A DNA stretch of 64,000 bases from Acidimicrobiales bacterium (GCA_965117015.1 OZ220747.1:649812-713811); one strand, 5' to 3'. Numbered from the stretch's first letter, positions 9,217 through 17,572 are shown. The notes: generated from the sequence alone by a model not told the origin. Made by a program: numbers and translations.

Positions 9217-10608
9217 TTAGGACGGGTCGCAGGTCTCGTCGGGCTCCACCGACGCGAACGACTGCACGATCAGCTGCGAGCCGTCGGCCTGGATCTCGGC
9301 CACGTAGATGGGCTGGGCCAGATGACGGCTGCCGGTGATCGCTATGTCTCCGGTCGGTGTGGTCATCGACAGCCCCTCCATGGCGGCCGCCACCGCCGCG
9401 GTGTCGGTGGTTCCGGCCGCGTTGGCTGCGGCCGCGTACAGCAGCGCGGCGTCGTAGATGTGCGAGCTGAACGTCATATGCGGAGGTGCGTCCGCTCCGA
9501 AGCGCTCGAAGTAGCGGCTCACGAACGCGTTGTTCAGGGCGCTGTCGACTTCCTTGAAGTAGCCCAGGGTGACCCGCATGCCCGCGGTGACCGCCGGTCC
9601 CATCGCCCCGAGGACGTTCTCCTCATAGATGTTGGCGAGGCGCGGGATGGCGTCCTGGCCGATGCCGAAGTCCACCGCCTGGGTCTCGAAGGCGATGGCG
9701 TCGCCGCCGACCAGAGCGGGGAAGATCAGGTCCGCGCCCGATCCCGCGATGATCTGGGCCACCGACGAGAAGTCCTGGGTGCCCAGCGGGACGTACTCCT
9801 CGCCGACCACCTCGCCCCCGGCGGCCTCGATGTACTGGCGGGCCCACTCGAAGCTGCGGCGGGGCCACACGTAGTCGTTGCCCAGCAGGAACCAGGTCTG
9901 ACCGCCGGTCTGCTCCATCATCCACGGGATGACGGGCGCCAGCTGCTGGCTGGGCACCTCGCCGGTGTTGAACATCACCGACGAGCACTCGCCGCCCTCG
10001 TAGAGGGCCGCGTAGATGTAGAGCACGTCGGCGTCCTCGGCCAGCGGCTTGGCGGCCTGGCGCGTCGCGCTCGAGTGGGTCCCGAGGACCACGTCGACGT
10101 TGTCGGAGTCGATCAGCTGCTCCATGGCCTGCCGGCCGACGGCCGGATCGGTGGCGTCGTCGGCCAGGTAGGTCTCAACCGGCCGGCCGTTGATGCCTCC
10201 GGCCGCGTTGATGTCCTCCTCGATGAACTCGGCGATGTTGGATGTGGGTGGACCGAAGAGGCCGGCCGGACCGCTGTTGGAGAACAGGATCCCGATGCGC
10301 ACCGGCTCTCCCGAGGGCTCGGCCGGCTCCTGCGACTCAGGCTCGTCGGGCGCCTCGGTGGTCTCAGGCTCAGGCGCCTCGGTCGTCTCAGGCTCCTGCG
10401 GCTCAGGCTCGTCGGGCGCCTCGGTGGTCTCAGGCTCGGGAGCCTCCTCTGAGTCGGTGACTTCGGCGCCCGTGTCGGTCGCGGCCGGAGCATCCGGCGT
10501 CCCGTCGTCGTCATCCCCGCACGCCGCAGCGACTAGAGCAAGGAGCGCGACGAGCGCGGCCACGAACCACAAGCGAGACCGCGAGCGGGAGTCCTGTAGT
10601 GTTCTCAT
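9217..10608 (-). CDS. Lipoprotein substrate-binding protein, type I PBP (LivJ / amide-urea binding family), with an acidic Pro/Glu/Thr repeat linker
   Basis: Lipobox LVAAAC. A repetitive TEAPDEPEP linker precedes a PBP1 core (VRIGILFSNSGPAG...INAAGGINGRPVE). Confidence 0.8.
   Translation of the reverse strand: MRTLQDSRSRSRLWFVAALVALLALVAAACGDDDDGTPDAPAATDTGAEVTDSEEAPEPETTEAPDEPEPQEPETTEAPEPETTEAPDEPESQEPAEPSGEPVRIGILFSNSGPAGLFGPPTSNIAEFIEEDINAAGGINGRPVETYLADDATDPAVGRQAMEQLIDSDNVDVVLGTHSSATRQAAKPLAEDADVLYIYAALYEGGECSSVMFNTGEVPSQQLAPVIPWMMEQTGGQTWFLLGNDYVWPRRSFEWARQYIEAAGGEVVGEEYVPLGTQDFSSVAQIIAGSGADLIFPALVGGDAIAFETQAVDFGIGQDAIPRLANIYEENVLGAMGPAVTAGMRVTLGYFKEVDSALNNAFVSRYFERFGADAPPHMTFSSHIYDAALLYAAAANAAGTTDTAAVAAAMEGLSMTTPTGDIAITGSRHLAQPIYVAEIQADGSQLIVQSFASVEPDETCDPS
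10336..10436. repeat. In-frame tandem repeat (66-bp period) inside the SBP linker
   Basis: The 35-bp string ctcaggctcgtcgggcgcctcggtggtctcaggctc occurs perfectly at 10336-10370 and 10402-10436. It encodes the (E)PETTEAPDEPE repeats. Confidence 0.9.
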
Positions 10609-10642
10609 GACAAAGCCCTCCTATATGTGAGCAGTTATTGAC

Positions 10643-10671
10643 ATATTGTCGGATAGGAGGGGCGCGGTCAA
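10643..10671 (-). promoter_or_regulatory. Candidate sigma70-type promoter for the SBP/Liv/amidase operon
   Basis: Read on the minus strand: TTGACC, 17 nt, CAATAT. It lies in a locally AT-rich island 35-60 nt upstream of the SBP ATG at 10608. The inverted repeat ATATGT-N12-ACATAT overlaps it. Confidence 0.25.
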
Positions 10672-10717
10672 GTCTCAGGAGGTCGCCCGCCGGCGACGGG
10701 CGACCGGCGCCGGCAAG

Positions 10718-12157
10718 TCAGGACGCTCGGGTGGCGGCGGGGAGTTCGTCCAGGACCCGGACGCCGGAACGGGTCGCTTCGCCCAGCAGCAACGACTTGA
10801 GGGAGCCGCCCCGGGTGCAGCACCGGAGACCGTTGAAGGTGGATCTGCGCAGGCCGCTCAACAGTGCGGTCGGCTCCACTCCCCCGCCGGCACGGCACGA
10901 GCGGGCCCAGGTGTGGATCGCTTCGTACACGCCCTCCGCGGCTGCGGAGACGGGCGGTGAGCAGGACCCGAACCGGTCCGAGTAGCGCCGGAGGAACTCG
11001 CGGTTCTCCGACGTGTCGAGCGCGACGAAGTAGCCCAGCGCGTTCCAGGTGCCCTCACCGGACTCGCCGAGATGCTCGACCACGGCATCGTCCATGAGCG
11101 GGGCGAACGTCCGGATGCTGTCTCTGAGGCCGTAGGCCGCGAAATCGCGCTGGAAGCCGACATGGTCCTGGCCGACGAAGCTCGACACCACATGGTCGAC
11201 GCCGCTCCGCTGGATGGCCGCCAGCAACGGTTCGAAGTTCTGCGATCCCATCGGCAGGTAACCCTCGCCGGCGACGTGGCCATCCATGCGCTCGATGACG
11301 GCCCTCGCCGTGGCGCCGACGGCGCGGGGCCACGAGTAGTCGTTGCCGGCCAGGAACCAGCGGGACCCGCCCGTCTGTGCGGCCATACGCGGCAATGCTC
11401 GGTGGAGCTGGTCCATCGGCGTCTCGCCGAAACGGACGAGCAGCGGATGTTCGGCGGTCGGCTCACTGGTCGGCGTGTAGAGGTAGGGGATGCCTTCCGC
11501 GACCGCCATGGGGGCGGTGACCGCGTAAGTGGCCGAGGAGTGCATCCCGATCACGGCGGCGAGGCCCGGCGTGCGGCACAGGCGGCGCATGGCAATCGCG
11601 CCGACGCCTGGGTCGGTGGCGTCATCGCCTACGACCAGCCTGACGGCTCGACCCATCACACCACCGTCGGCGTTGATTTCCTCGACCGCGAGCTGAGCGC
11701 AGTTCGCAGTGGAGCGACCCAGGATCCCCGCCGGACCTGACAGGGAGATCAGGAGCCCCAGAGGCACCTCCCACCATCCCGTCTCGTAGCCGCCCAGCAA
11801 TCCCAACTCGGCGCCGAGGCGGGCCACCTCGAGGTCGTCGATCGTCACGCGGACCCGCAGCCGCGTGCCCCCGCTGTCCAACGGGTCGAAGCGGCAGACG
11901 ACACGGCCCGCCCAGGGCGTCTCGTGCATCAAGTCGATACGGCGGTTCGGCTGGCACGAGAGGACCCGGGCCGTCCCCGGCGACCGGGCCAGGCCACCGA
12001 GCGGAAGCGCCAACCGGACCAGCGCGCCGGGTGTGAGCAGGGGTGCCTCCGACCCGAACAGCCACCCGACGGCCGCGTCGCCCTGTCCGAAGAGCGCGAA
12101 CAGTTCGCTGGGGCAGGCCTCCAGCCGCAGTTCGTTGTTGAGGACGAGCTCACCCAT
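10718..12157 (-). CDS. Cytoplasmic fusion: N-terminal SRPBCC/AHSA1-like domain plus AmiC-like type I periplasmic-binding-protein fold ligand sensor
   Basis: No signal peptide. The first ~125 aa resemble the SRPBCC pattern (..RIDLMHETPWAGRVVCRFDPLDSGGTRLRVRVT). The rest is a PBP1 fold (VPLGLLISLSGPAGILG...EINADGGVMGRAVRLVVGDDATDP). It starts 10 bp downstream of the ArsR gene. Confidence 0.55.
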   Translation of the reverse strand: MGELVLNNELRLEACPSELFALFGQGDAAVGWLFGSEAPLLTPGALVRLALPLGGLARSPGTARVLSCQPNRRIDLMHETPWAGRVVCRFDPLDSGGTRLRVRVTIDDLEVARLGAELGLLGGYETGWWEVPLGLLISLSGPAGILGRSTANCAQLAVEEINADGGVMGRAVRLVVGDDATDPGVGAIAMRRLCRTPGLAAVIGMHSSATYAVTAPMAVAEGIPYLYTPTSEPTAEHPLLVRFGETPMDQLHRALPRMAAQTGGSRWFLAGNDYSWPRAVGATARAVIERMDGHVAGEGYLPMGSQNFEPLLAAIQRSGVDHVVSSFVGQDHVGFQRDFAAYGLRDSIRTFAPLMDDAVVEHLGESGEGTWNALGYFVALDTSENREFLRRYSDRFGSCSPPVSAAAEGVYEAIHTWARSCRAGGGVEPTALLSGLRRSTFNGLRCCTRGGSLKSLLLGEATRSGVRVLDELPAATRAS

Positions 12158-12167
12158 GAGACCGCGT

Positions 12168-12533
12168 CTAGGCGCTGCGCTCTTCGACTCGACCAGCGGG
12201 GACGTCCTCCGGAGCGGCCGCGCCCTGCACGGCCGACGCCAGCTGCTCCAGGGAGTTCTGATACACGGAGGTTAGGAAGGCCACCACCGCGTCGGCCGGC
12301 GTGGGTGTGACCGAGTAGTGCCGGAACCGGCCGTCGCGCCGCTCCGCCACCAGCCCGGCGAGGCGGAGTATTCGCAGATGCGACGACACCGCAGTGCGGC
12401 CCAACGAGTCGAAATGCGCGGCGATCTCGCCGGCGGTCAGCTCCTCGTGCTCGCCGACCAGGCTGAGGATGGCCCTTCGGGTGGGGTCGGCCAGAGCCGA
12501 GAAGATGGCGTCACTGTCGGAGGGGGCCATCAC
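12168..12533 (-). CDS. ArsR/SmtB-family winged-helix transcriptional regulator
   Basis: 121 aa, FSALADPTRRAILSLV...ELTAGEIAAHFD.LGRTAVSSHLRILRLAGLV, typical of the ArsR HTH. Confidence 0.8.
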   Translation of the reverse strand: MMAPSDSDAIFSALADPTRRAILSLVGEHEELTAGEIAAHFDSLGRTAVSSHLRILRLAGLVAERRDGRFRHYSVTPTPADAVVAFLTSVYQNSLEQLASAVQGAAAPEDVPAGRVEERSA

Positions 12534-12540
12534 GCCTCCT

Positions 12541-13272
12541 GTGTCTGTTTGTCAATACTTGCGCACACATGTTGCCACACCCGCGATCAACCCGCCTCCC
12601 GCGCCCGGCGCGCCGAATGTGGTCTCGGCCGTCAAGGAACTGCACACGATCAGCTCGTCCAAGGCCTTCATCCTGACGAAGGACAAGTTCTGGCTGAAGA
12701 ACCCAGGCATGCCGGCCAACATCCAGTCGGACACGCTCATCCGCGGCCTCTACTGCCTCGACTACACTCCGGACCAGAGCCCTGACGGTCTGGGCGTCGT
12801 GTTGATCAGCTACACCTGGCAGGACGATTCGGCGAAGCAGATCGCGCTGTCCTCGGACCAGGAGACCCGGATCAAGCGCCTGGTCGAGGATGTGAAGCAG
12901 ATTGACGCCGACTTCGCCGCGAACCTGGTTCCGCTGAACGGCGACTACAAGAACAACACGATCTTCATCGACTGGCTGACCCAACCGAGATACCACGGCG
13001 CATTCAAGCTCAACTACCCGAGGCAGGACATTCTGCTTCAGGCGGCCTACACATCCTTCATGACCGCAGGCGGATCCGCCGACCCGCACCTCTACCTGGC
13101 CGGCGACGATGTCTCGTTCATGGGCGGGTGGTGCGAGGGCGCCATCGAGACCGCCATCAATGCGGTCTCGGCCGTCGGCGTGTCCCTGGGCGGGACCCCG
13201 GTCACGCCTTCGGTGTTCAACGGGAGAACCAAAGATTACTACTACCATGTGGGCACACCCGGTGATGGCTAG
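12541..13272 (+). pseudogene. C-terminal ~230-aa remnant of a flavin-dependent amine oxidase / L-amino-acid oxidase-like gene; the N-terminal FAD-binding half is absent
   Basis: C-terminal amine-oxidase hallmarks are present (ISYTWQDDSAKQ, YLAGDDVSFMGGWCEGAIETAINAV). There is no GxGxxG dinucleotide-binding region. The only in-frame start after the ArsR gene is GTG at 12541. Local GC is about 55-58%, against about 70% in the flanks. Confidence 0.5.
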
Positions 13273-13311
13273 ATGAGGCGTGCGGTGCCTGACGATCCGC
13301 TCGGTAGCGCG

Positions 13312-14199
13312 TCAAGCTGACGATTCTCGTGGAGCCCGGCGAGGTGCGCAGCAGCCATCCGACGGCCGAGACAGGCGGGTTGACACGCGGCCCAGCGGAC
13401 CCAGGTCGGCGGACACCTCGGCGCCGGGGCCGATCGGCCGCATCGGGCCGAGCGACCCGGTCATGAGGCACTCACCTGCTCGCAGGGGCGTGCCGCGCTC
13501 GCACATCACATCGGCCAACCACACCGCGGCGTTCAGCGGGTTGCCGAGGCACGCAGCGCCGGTTCCCGTGGCGGCCAGTTCACCATTGATCGTCATGCTC
13601 ATCTCGATCTCCCGCAGGTCCACGGCTTCGAGCCTCACGGGACGGGTGCCCACCACATAGAGCCCGCAGCTGGCGTTGTCGGAGACGGTGTCGACGATGG
13701 TGATGTCCCACCCCGCGATGCGGCTGTCGACGATCTCCAGCGCAGGCAGCACATAGGCCGTCGCATCGATGACGTCCACGACGCAGTGCCCGTCCTTGTC
13801 GAGGTCGCGGTCGATGACCAACGCCACCTCGGCCTCGACCCGGGGCTGCAACAGCCGGCCCGGCTCGATGTCGGCGCCGTCAGCCAGGCACATATCAGCG
13901 AACAGCACGCCGTAGTCGGGCTGGTCCACCCCCAGCTGCTCCTGCACCACCTTGGCCGTGAGTCCGATCTTGTGGCCGCTCACCCGGCGGCCGGCGGCCA
14001 CCTCCAGCTCGACATTGCGCTGCTGCACCGCATAGGCCGCATCTACATCGGTGGATGTGCCCAACACGTCGCGAACCGGGCCACACGGCACACCGGTCTC
14101 CGCCGCAATACGCAACTGATCCGCCGCCGCCCTGACCAAGTCCGGACTCATGCCTCCATCACTCTCGCAAGGCCGCGTCACACAGTCCCCGAGGTGCAC
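13312..14199 (-). CDS. 2-keto-4-pentenoate hydratase / 4-oxalocrotonate decarboxylase family (MhpD-like, FAH fold)
   Basis: AYAVQQRNVE...SGHKIGLTAKVVQEQLGVDQPDYGVLF pattern. An alternative ATG start lies at 14151. Confidence 0.7.
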   Translation of the reverse strand: MHLGDCVTRPCESDGGMSPDLVRAAADQLRIAAETGVPCGPVRDVLGTSTDVDAAYAVQQRNVELEVAAGRRVSGHKIGLTAKVVQEQLGVDQPDYGVLFADMCLADGADIEPGRLLQPRVEAEVALVIDRDLDKDGHCVVDVIDATAYVLPALEIVDSRIAGWDITIVDTVSDNASCGLYVVGTRPVRLEAVDLREIEMSMTINGELAATGTGAACLGNPLNAAVWLADVMCERGTPLRAGECLMTGSLGPMRPIGPGAEVSADLGPLGRVSTRLSRPSDGCCAPRRAPRESSA

Positions 14200-15177
14200 T
14201 CAGCCCGGGGAGCGGGTGATCTGGGCGGCGAGGGCCAAGTCCTCGGCCGCCCTGCTGAGATCGTTGACCGACACCTGGAACTCGTCGATCCCATGAGCGG
14301 CCACCAGCGCGTTCAGCTCTGAACGGCACTCGTCCACCGATCCCGAGATCACGAAGGCGTCGACCCAGTCGTCGAGCACGAAGCGGGCCGCAGCCGCGGG
14401 CCCGCCCTCGGAGAGGCCCCTGCGGATGGCGGCCTCGGTCCGGGCGTCCAAGCCGATCCGGGCCTTGACGTGGTCCGGCGAATCGACCAGCCGGAACGTC
14501 AGAGCCGCCCGGGCTGCCTCGCGGGCCCGATCCGTCGTGGCCAGGATGGTCATGTAGCAGAGCCTCGGACCGGGACGGCCGTGCTCGCCGGCCGCCGCCC
14601 GGATCGCCCCTATGTGCTCGCCGATCAGCTCCTTGTGGACGAACGACAGGATGAAACCGTCGGCCAGCTCTCCCGCCAAGCGCATCACCCTCGGACCGCG
14701 CCCGGCCAGCCAGACGGGGATGTCGGGCCGACCGTAGCCGAGGCGGGCCCGGCGGAACCCGCCGGCCACACCGGTGTGGTCGACGGTCTCGCCCGACCAC
14801 AGCGCCCGGCTGGTCGTCACCAACTCCCGCATGGCCGTGATCGGCGCCCGGCGTTCGATGGCCAGCGCGGTGAGCGTGAGGGCGCCGCCCGCTCCGATCC
14901 CCAGCGCGGCCCGCCCACCGGAGGCCTCGTCCAGCGTGGCGACTGCCGCGGCTGTCATGCCCGGATGGCGGGTGTAGGCGTTGGTGATGCCGGTGCCGAC
15001 CTCAACGGAGCTTGTGGCCGCGGCAACCGCGCCCAAGGTCACCCAGCACTCCCTGGCCGCCAGGCCCTCGTCGGGGATCCACACCCGGCTGCACCCGAGC
15101 TCCTCGGCCGTCACCGCTGCGTTCACAACCTGCTCGACCGGTCCCTCGGGCATCACCATGCAAGCCAGCTCAACCAC
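14200..15177 (-). CDS. Luciferase-like monooxygenase (LLM) family oxidoreductase, probably F420-dependent (Mer-like)
   Basis: ELGCSRVWIPDEGLAARECWVTLGAVAAATSSVEVGTGITNAYTRHPGMTAAAVATLDEASGGRAALGIGAGG. 325 aa. Confidence 0.7.
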   Translation of the reverse strand: MVELACMVMPEGPVEQVVNAAVTAEELGCSRVWIPDEGLAARECWVTLGAVAAATSSVEVGTGITNAYTRHPGMTAAAVATLDEASGGRAALGIGAGGALTLTALAIERRAPITAMRELVTTSRALWSGETVDHTGVAGGFRRARLGYGRPDIPVWLAGRGPRVMRLAGELADGFILSFVHKELIGEHIGAIRAAAGEHGRPGPRLCYMTILATTDRAREAARAALTFRLVDSPDHVKARIGLDARTEAAIRRGLSEGGPAAAARFVLDDWVDAFVISGSVDECRSELNALVAAHGIDEFQVSVNDLSRAAEDLALAAQITRSPG

Positions 15178-15241
15178 CGCGCCGACAATAGAGGCGCCCG
15201 ATCGAAACCGTGCGCACCGCGGTCTGCCATGCTCTATCTAT

Positions 15242-16006
15242 ATGGAGTTGGCAGGACGGGTCGCGTTGGTGACCGGCGGCGCCCACCGGGTGGGGCGAGC
15301 CATCGCTCTGGAGCTCGCAGCGGCAGGCGCCGACGTGGCCATCGCGTACCACCGGTCCGAGGATCAGGCCGCCGAGACGGTCACCGAGTTGCGCAGCTGC
15401 GGTGTCGACGCCGGCGCGTTCAAGACCGATCTGGCCGTGCCGGACGAAGCCGCCGGACTCGCTGAAGCCGTCGCCGGCCGGCTGGGACCCATCGACGCCC
15501 TGGTCAACAGCGCGTCGTGGTTCGCCCGAGACGAGTTCCCCTCGGACGACACCGAGACCTGGTACCGGACCCTTGACGTGGTGCTGCACGGGCCGTTCCA
15601 TCTCACCAACGCAGTCGCGCCGTCCATGCTGGAGAGGGGTGGCGGGGCGATCGTGAACATCGTCGACCTGTCGGCCTGGCAGCCGTGGCCCGGCCGAGCC
15701 GCCCACAGCGTGGCCAAGGCCGCTCTGCTGGCCCTGACCCGCCAGGCGGCGGTGGAGCTCGCCCCGACCGTGCGCTGCAACGCGGTGGCGCTCGGCCCGA
15801 CGATCGCGCCGGCCAAGTTCGGGCCCGATCAGGTCGAGAGGCTGAGACAGCGCACGCTGCTCGGTCGCTGGAGCGGAGGCACCGAGGCCGGCCGGGCCGT
15901 CCGGTACCTCCTCGAAGCGGAGGCGGTCACCGGCGAGTGCCTGACCGTCGACGGCGGCGAGCAGTACGGCCACGTGCGCGACCGCTTCACCGACACCGCC
16001 AGATGA
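15242..16006 (+). CDS. Short-chain dehydrogenase/reductase (pteridine-reductase-like SDR)
   Basis: Internal ATG at 15242 gives MELAGRVALVTGGAHRVGRAIALEL (TGxxxxxG). Catalytic region is AHSVAKAAL. It is divergent from the LLM gene. Confidence 0.75.
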   Translation: MELAGRVALVTGGAHRVGRAIALELAAAGADVAIAYHRSEDQAAETVTELRSCGVDAGAFKTDLAVPDEAAGLAEAVAGRLGPIDALVNSASWFARDEFPSDDTETWYRTLDVVLHGPFHLTNAVAPSMLERGGGAIVNIVDLSAWQPWPGRAAHSVAKAALLALTRQAAVELAPTVRCNAVALGPTIAPAKFGPDQVERLRQRTLLGRWSGGTEAGRAVRYLLEAEAVTGECLTVDGGEQYGHVRDRFTDTAR

Positions 16007-16018
16007 GAGCAGCGACGG

Positions 16019-17572
16019 TCAGGTCCCGGTTGAGCGGCCCCTGAGGATGTCGTCGTAGCCCCGGATCAGGGTGTGCTCGGTCTCCTGCACATCCTCGGGG
16101 CTGGCCGCGAAGTAGCCGGTGGCCATTCCCATGTCGGACGCGGCGTCCAGATACTCGGGCACGCTCGACAGGTACAGGCAGTCGTAGAGGTCCACCGACA
16201 TCACCCGGCGGGTCGCCTCGAACAGCGACCGCTCGGGAAGCACCGCCCCCACATCGCCGCTCACCAGCCACGACGACACCGAGTCCTCCAACTCGGCCAT
16301 ACGCCTCAACCGCAGCCCCCACTCTCGGGGCTGGTTGCCGACCGCCGCCACCGGCAGGCTCCGGCTGGCGACCCGGTCGAGGAACGGGTGCAGGCCCGGC
16401 ACCAGCTTGAACGACGACAGGTATCGGGTCTCCACGTCCCGGCCGATCGGACCGAGCCCGAGGTCGCTCCAGAACTCCTCGGCGGTGAGCCTGCCCAGCA
16501 CCAGCATGCGGTGCCGGTCGCGGATCAGTTCCGGATCGATGTCGGGGTTCTCGCCCAGGATCACCGGCAGCAGCAGGCCCTCCCGCGGGTCGGTGGGCCG
16601 CACGATCACACCGTGCACGTCCACCACCAGCAGCCGCAGCAGGCGCTTGCGGGGGCGGCTGGCCTCCGCCTCCCGGGCCGCGGCCCGCTGCTGGCGGCGC
16701 CGGGTGGCCCGGCGGCCCCGGCCTCTGGGAGCTCGCAGCAGCGCCACCAACTTGGCCACGCCCACGCCCAGCAGCACAGCCCCGAACGCGATGCCGGCCA
16801 CCCGGGCGATGTTGAGCCACAGCGGCGCCAGGGTGTCGGAGATCATCGTCGAGGCGTTCACCGTCACCGGCTGGTCCCCGTAGGAGAAGCGCCAGCTGGC
16901 TGTGGATCCGTCGACCACCGGCGACAGCTCCACCATCTCGTCCTCGAGCTCCCCCTCCACTCCGAAGCCGCCTACAGAGGCGCTGAAGGCCTCGTCTGAG
17001 TCGATCAGCGTCAACAGGAACTCGAAGCCCAGCGAGTCCTCGGGGGTGCCGGCCTCCGCGATCAGATCCTCCAGCGGGCGTCCGAAGGGCTGACCCTCGA
17101 AGATCGCGGCGAGCGCGTCGTCGCTGAAGTCGTCCAGGGGCGGAGTCGGGTTGATGTCGGCCCGGAAGCGGTAGGAGGTCTCAGCGAAGGAGCGGGTCTG
17201 CTCCAAGACCACCCCGGTGAAGATCACGTCCTTGCCGGCCAGTTCCTCGAGGACCTGGGGCAGCTGGCCGGCCGACTCGAACCGTTTGACCGCGCGGATC
17301 TGCACGCCGCCGTCGGCGCGGAACAGCGGGCCCTCCACCGCCCATCCGGCAGCCTGGGCGTCGTCGAAGAGCAGCCCTCCGGCCAGTTCGGGCACGCGGG
17401 AAACCGCCACCGCGTCGGCGTTGAACACCACCGTCACCGTGCCCGAACCGGCATCCTCCACTTCGACGTGCACGCTGGTGTCGACGCGGCACGCCGCGAC
17501 CAGCAACGCCAGCCCCAGAGCCAGCACGGCCGACCGCAACACCGCAACCGCACGCCGACGCTGAGCGGCCAT
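16019..17572 (-). CDS. Lipoprotein-like extracytoplasmic domain, single TM helix, and a cytoplasmic HAD-like domain with a degenerate motif I
   Basis: Lipobox LLVAAC. TM segment LWLNIARVAGIAFGAVLLGVGVAKLVALL is followed by an Arg-rich stop-transfer. The HAD-like C-terminus begins LLVVDVHGVIV (DxH instead of DxD). Confidence 0.45.
   Translation of the reverse strand: MAAQRRRAVAVLRSAVLALGLALLVAACRVDTSVHVEVEDAGSGTVTVVFNADAVAVSRVPELAGGLLFDDAQAAGWAVEGPLFRADGGVQIRAVKRFESAGQLPQVLEELAGKDVIFTGVVLEQTRSFAETSYRFRADINPTPPLDDFSDDALAAIFEGQPFGRPLEDLIAEAGTPEDSLGFEFLLTLIDSDEAFSASVGGFGVEGELEDEMVELSPVVDGSTASWRFSYGDQPVTVNASTMISDTLAPLWLNIARVAGIAFGAVLLGVGVAKLVALLRAPRGRGRRATRRRQQRAAAREAEASRPRKRLLRLLVVDVHGVIVRPTDPREGLLLPVILGENPDIDPELIRDRHRMLVLGRLTAEEFWSDLGLGPIGRDVETRYLSSFKLVPGLHPFLDRVASRSLPVAAVGNQPREWGLRLRRMAELEDSVSSWLVSGDVGAVLPERSLFEATRRVMSVDLYDCLYLSSVPEYLDAASDMGMATGYFAASPEDVQETEHTLIRGYDDILRGRSTGT

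Noticed and set aside
10320-10450. A CRISPR-like or minisatellite repeat.
   Set aside because: The repeats are in frame inside the SBP gene and encode an acidic linker. There is no spacer/repeat alternation and there are no cas genes.
4421-13311. A genomic island integrated at the 3' end of tRNA-Thr(TGT), carrying the amidase/Liv/ArsR genes and the low-GC oxidase remnant.
   Set aside because: There is no integrase. I could find no direct repeat of the tRNA 3' end near 13.3 kb. The amidase/Liv genes have the same high GC as the backbone. Only the 0.7-kb oxidase fragment is compositionally deviant.
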